Origin: Eukaryota sp. GEM-RC1
Lineage: Eukaryota
DNA length: 64,000 nucleotides
Direction: 5' to 3'
Assembly (NCBI GenBank): GCA_040285855.1
Contig: JAUFOQ010000001.1
Span: 3,534,001 to 3,598,000 of the forward strand
A program made the position numbers and the translations under genes. Positions 58,922 through 64,000 of the stretch are shown piece by piece (within the stretch, counting starts at the first letter, position 1; each line of letters starts with the position of its first letter). The notes beneath the pieces were generated by a model. That model was not told where the DNA came from. It saw only the letters and a program-made list of their open reading frames with translations, and ran no database searches.

Positions 58922-59371
58922 TCATAAAAAGAATGAGCCAATGGAAGTAAAAGAAGAAGAAGAAGATATTGAAGAGTTGAAGATCGATACCAATGAAGGA
59001 AAGAGCGTTGAAATTTTCAGCAAGAATGAATATGTAGGAATGCAATAGAACTTGCATAGAAGATAGAGGAGCGAGAAGATATCTACAACAGAAAAATGTG
59101 ATTTGATATCAGAAAGTTGGATTAGACAGTGATCAGAATAATCGTTGACAGAGCGGACACGCAGTTCAGGAGGACTCGTACAAAGACAGGGCAAGACAGT
59201 GCTATCAGGTGGCACGGAATAGATAGTGTAAGAATGAAGAGGTTTACCGAAATTGGCGGCTAATTGTTGAATGGAAGCAAGAATAGTGTCTTGAGGATCC
59301 GCAGAAACGAAGAACTGTTTCGCAAAGTGCCAAGGAGAGCTACGTAAAAGAAAACCAGTAGCAGTGGCCAT
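58922..59371 (-). CDS. Hypothetical protein, N-terminal part; likely continues through frameshifts
   Basis: 149-aa ATG-initiated ORF; no recognised domain. Confidence 0.3.
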   Translation of the reverse strand: MATATGFLLRSSPWHFAKQFFVSADPQDTILASIQQLAANFGKPLHSYTIYSVPPDSTVLPCLCTSPPELRVRSVNDYSDHCLIQLSDIKSHFSVVDIFSLLYLLCKFYCIPTYSFLLKISTLFPSLVSIFNSSISSSSSFTSIGSFFL

Positions 59372-61589
59372 GAGTTCAACAACTATGGTGGAAAAGATCT
59401 GAAATATATCCCAACCATGTCATCTTTTAGATTTGGCAAAGTGGAATCCAGCATTTGCTTATACCGTACCCTCCATGATTAAGCCCCTTCAGCTTTTCGT
59501 TACATTACTTTGGTGGAAAGACTATCCATGACTTAAGCAATCTTTCAGAAGAAATTGACACTAATTAAGAAATTTAGTGTTTCGAATCTAGTAATTTTTC
59601 AGCCACATGTATAACTCTGATAAATCTCTAAAACATCCTTGGGGACACATACCTATTTTGACGTTATTCTTCAAGGCTTCTGGTATTATCAAAATGTTTG
59701 CTTTTGTTAAACATCTTTTCCTACCTTCTTATCACCATAGATATCACTTTAAGTCTTCGATCAAGACCGAAATGGAAGCAGCAGCACAGAAATCGTGAAC
59801 AATGTCATAAATAAGGTACACTTACAAAATATGGTACCCCTGATTGCAGGAACTTAACCGTTGCTTATAGATCTAATATGGTACCGATGACAATTCGCTC
59901 TACATTCAACATTGAAAAAAAGAAACACAATTGACTAATGTATTAACTACGGACGGAGTATGCACATGTGAAATGACGGATGATCAGAGATCTCGTGTTG
60001 ATGAACTTCTTCTCGAGAAGGAAACTGTTTTTGTTGATGATTACCTGAGTACCATGACTACCTGATTACTGATACCATAAACAAGTATGTTTTCACTGGA
60101 ACACGAGTTGGAAGTAGTTGAGCTCTTCTCAAGAGTTATTGTTGTCACAAATTCGTCGGATGATGAATCCTCTCGATGTCTTTGAGGAATCTCAACCTAT
60201 TGAATGGTTGTAAAAGTGTTTTTTGGAATGGCAGCTGCTCAGAACAGAAGGAAAACTAAATAGTCGCTGCCTAGCATTTGTTGTATTATTGTTTGTGTTT
60301 TGTTATGGTTAGTTTGGTTGTGAAACCCGTATAGTTTTAATCATTATCACTTTTAAATAGAAACAGTTCTCACCATGACTTTCATGAAAGTTGTCTAAGG
60401 TCGAGTTCTTTTGTATTTTTCTGTATTAAATGTATTTTCTGTTTTTTTTTGGGAGTGGCTGTATTTTCCAAGTATACTCTCAAGCCGGAATCCGATCGAC
60501 TTGAGCCAACTCATATCAAAATTTGGCTTGGCTTACTCAAATGACTCAAGCCGTTGACAGCTCTATTTATTACCGTTAGTCAATTACAAAACCCATAATT
60601 GAATCAACAGCAAAGAGATAAACAGATAGTAACACTTAGTTCACTGTTTTTTAATCAAATATCAGCTGTGACTTGTGATTCACAAATGTGCAAATATCAC
60701 TACTAAGTCAAAGACTCTTAAAACAGAAATATTATTAAAATGTCTACGTCAAATGGTTTGAATCTAGGCTTTGAACAACAATGACAAATATACTGGGAGG
60801 GCTATAAATGTGAAATTATTCAAAATTTGAATTTCATGTGACTAACTAGCTGAACAAATCGTTCGTCATTGACGAATCGTCAACAAGAACTCCAAATCAG
60901 TACGGACATCACATCTACTTCATTATTGCACCTCCAATACATTCATGTACTTAGGCTGTGCAAATCAATGTTATAATCCAAAGCACCGTATTTGTAATTT
61001 CGTTGCAAGTAAATGATTTATATTGTTAATACGTTGTGCTTCTCAAAGACAGCTCCTGTTCTATAGAGACAACGAGTGGAACAGATGTAGGTGAGTAGAC
61101 CCCCGGGTAGACCTGGGGGTTAGAGAACCGCAGTTAATAACTAGGCTGGCATTTTTTGATCTCAAGAATTGTGAAAATGCTGCTACATTGGTGACTGGGG
61201 TGTACACACCATATGAGCTTAGTAGAACTTCGATTAAAGAAGGAAAGTACTTCAAAAAGTGGCTCATTTCGAGAATCACAGATGAACAAGTAAATCCTTA
61301 GTAAAGATAATACATTTACTAGTAAGCTAAATCGGGTTGTAGTCGTTCTTCTTCTTTAAAAAAGATCTCTTAAAAGATCTTGACGACATTTTTCTGACAA
61401 GATTGTCTTGGAGATCATAGTGATTGGATGTCCAAGAGATGTCAAAACTGGTTCATGGTATTCTTGTGTATGGGGTTTTCAAAGGGTGTTAGAGCTTCTT
61501 TAGAGAAACCAATTGTTTTAGCCGATCAAACAATGGTAGATATACAAAGAAATAAAATATAGTATCAGAAACAAAGACCTGCCCAACCC

Positions 61590-62672
61590 TCAATCACTAT
61601 CATTGAAAAAATCGTCATCGTCATCAAATTCCTTGATGATTTCGACTGTAATTAACTTCCTTTTGGAGAAGCAAACAGGACCACAGTTTTCCCCAGATAA
61701 CAAGAACTTCTTTTCCTGCAGTTATTTTTTAAATTGTTCATATATTTCTTTGCTTTAGGAGGAGACAACAATGGAGAAGACTCCCAATTCAGTTCCCTTT
61801 CAATTAACATCCTTTGTTTGCCCTCACCAGGAGGAGTATCATCGATTTCATCTAGAAGAGTAGCAACTAAATCACCAGCTTCTGTATCACGTCGCCGACT
61901 TTCAGGAGTGTTAATTAAAGCTGATGGATCCTGTTGACTTCGTTCAAGTGATTCCATCCTTTCAGCAAATCCCTTGGCCAAGTCACTTCTCTTGCCACTT
62001 TTCCTCATAGTGGAAATCCAATTAGCTTCCTTAAAATCCTCGTCATCATAATTAAAGATTCCCTGCCTTGTTAAAGAACAAGGCCTATGTCGCTTTACTG
62101 ATTGAGGAGTGGAGGGAAGAAGGGGTGAGAGGGAAGCATTGAAGGAAAGAGAGAGAGTTGAACAACGCGTAGATAACTCCGACTTCCACGTCTCTGGAAA
62201 TCCATTCTCAAAACAACTAAGAATGGAATCTGGAAGGGAGGAAGTGAGGTAGAGCTAGGTCATAAGAGGATTTGATTGTCTCACTGTGGGTAAGTACATC
62301 ATTTGGTTTGAGGAAATATCGTGATCTAGAAGTTGTGACGATGTCTTTCGAGCAAGCTTTGACACGGGAAGAGCGGTAGAAGGAGGACTCCAATGACTAT
62401 GATGACGTGATAATGATGACTATGTTTGAAGCACTACGGCTGATGTTGATGGGAAACCAAGGATTTAAAGATAGTAGAACTGATGTTGGGTTTTGTGACT
62501 CATCAACAGCTGACTCTACGGCTTCAGATTTGTCTGTGGTGTATGTATATTCTTCATCATCAACACTATCTTCATCGAGTTCGAGTTCAGGAGATGTGCA
62601 ATCAAGATCATAAATTTCGCCTTCGTCTGATTCCATAGTTCGAGTCTCGAAAATGGTTGAAGGTTGAGACAT
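61590..62672 (-). CDS. SANTA-domain protein (KNL2/M18BP1-like), probably with short introns; 3' end uncertain
   Basis: LNPW...YRSSRV...IVTTSRSRYFL...LPDSILSCFENGFPETWK. A 43-nt GT-AG intron at 62297-62255 restores the frame. Confidence 0.6.
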
Positions 62673-62731
62673 TCTCTGTACTAAAAGTAGAAGTAGAAGT
62701 AAAACTTCTTGCTGCCACTTTTGTCGATCTT

Positions 62732-63370
62732 ATGGCTAATTCTTCTTCCAGCCGATCCCGGCAGAGTACACTCTCCAGCTTCTTCCCTAGTGTCTCTGCT
62801 GGTAGAATCCGGCACGATTCTCCAAAATCTTCTGTTAAACACTCTAAACCCACTCTTCGTCCTAAACGTATCATAACTCCACCACTATGGGAGGCTACTT
62901 CCGTTGATATTTCGCGTGCTGCTGGAATGATATCTAAACGTAAATCTTATGATGTTTCTCCCTTTGTCAAGTTAAAAGTAGATAGTGCTGGACCAATGGG
63001 CAAAGGTGTATTTGCTGCAAGTGATATTACCAGAGGTTCACTAGTCATTGAATACAGGGGAATTCGTATTTCGTGGACAGAAGGAGAGGATAGGTTAGTA
63101 GAAGCTGATAATGATGTGGGATACATCTTTTTTGTTGAGTACAAGTCCACAAGGTTTGCTCTTGATGCATCTGAACCTCTTCCAAAATGGGGAATTGCTC
63201 GTTTTGTAAATCATAGTTATCTTCATCCTAATTTGAAGGCTAAAGTTGTTTGTGTTAACAAAGAACCTCGCTTAGTTTTCTTTGCTGCTAAGTCTATTCC
63301 TGCAGGGGAGCAACTGTTGGTAGACTATGGGGACAGGACATCTTCTGTTCCATGGTTGATGAACTCGTGA
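62732..63370 (+). CDS. SET-domain histone methyltransferase, PR-Set7/SET8 (H4K20me1)-like, with N-terminal PIP box
   Basis: GKGVFA, VIEYRG, YIFF..LDAS, ARFVNHS, GEQLLVDYGDR..PWL (no Cys post-SET); QSTLSSFF PIP box. Confidence 0.85.
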   Translation: MANSSSSRSRQSTLSSFFPSVSAGRIRHDSPKSSVKHSKPTLRPKRIITPPLWEATSVDISRAAGMISKRKSYDVSPFVKLKVDSAGPMGKGVFAASDITRGSLVIEYRGIRISWTEGEDRLVEADNDVGYIFFVEYKSTRFALDASEPLPKWGIARFVNHSYLHPNLKAKVVCVNKEPRLVFFAAKSIPAGEQLLVDYGDRTSSVPWLMNS

Positions 63371-64000
63371 GGTTTTTTGTACTAGTATTGTGTTGTATGC
63401 ATTGTATTTTTTTATCCTTGAAAAATTGAATGTTTTGTCATTTTTCAAGAAGTTGCAAGTTCATGTCGATTCTATTTCGCTGAAACCGAAATTCAAGATA
63501 ATTTGACATGATTTTGTTGATTATTTTTAAATGAATTTATTGAAGGATTGTGTATATCTTACTTCTATTGAAGACATATGCTCCTACGGGAATTGAAATA
63601 AAGTTTTAGTTCAAGTTATTGGTCCAATGTGGTGTTTTGAATTGTGAAAAATTGCAATATAAAAAGTTGCAGCATTTATCCTGTATTCCATCCAGAAATT
63701 TAAAATCCTACAGATTTAGATTAACAAGCGTCAACTGCAAATTCTGGCAAATACATTGTGTAACTTAATACACGATTTTAAATAATCAGAATTATAACAA
63801 TAAACAATTCTTTTAAGAAGAACTTGGATCATATGTTATTTTTGAATTTTACTGTAATTTAAGAATCGTGCAAATTCTACTACAATGTATCATAATTTAG
63901 TCAGATGTCAGCGGTGTTACTATAAGACATTCTTGAAGATAGCAAGCCTCATCAATGGTCAAAAAAGAATCTCAAATTAGAACATGGCAACAGCGGCGCA

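Noticed and set aside
57263..62399. In-frame TGA/TAG suggesting a reassigned genetic code
   Set aside because: TAA, TAG and TGA all terminate apparently intact genes here (flavodoxin TAA; BTB-MATH and Gypsy TAG; SET TGA).

Overview
AT-rich, intron-poor eukaryotic (protist-like) genomic window, dense in transposons and expanded gene families. Many ORFs are split by single-base indels in homopolymer runs, probably assembly errors. Main contents: (1) the 3' end of a Fanzor (eukaryotic TnpB-like RNA-guided nuclease) with an unusual Lys-rich and CCHC zinc-knuckle tail, followed by a multi-hairpin/pseudoknot candidate omegaRNA that abuts a flavodoxin gene; (2) a complete, young Ty3/Gypsy element with only 66-bp LTRs, whose coding region fills the whole internal region; (3) about 11 5'-truncated CRE-like (restriction-like endonuclease) non-LTR fragments; (4) five non-autonomous TIR elements with verified 8-bp TSDs, one nested in another, plus a MULE transposase; (5) a six-copy ~614-bp tandem array derived from a broken RING/B-box/coiled-coil gene; (6) genes or pseudogenes for RING-kinase-Sel1, LRR, BTB-BACK-MATH (x2), BTB-SPRY (x2), a TmcB-like membrane protein and a Crinkler-like REase-kinase, and a head-to-head SANTA (KNL2-like) / SET8-like pair. 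All calls come from motif reading by eye; no database searches or folding programs were run.
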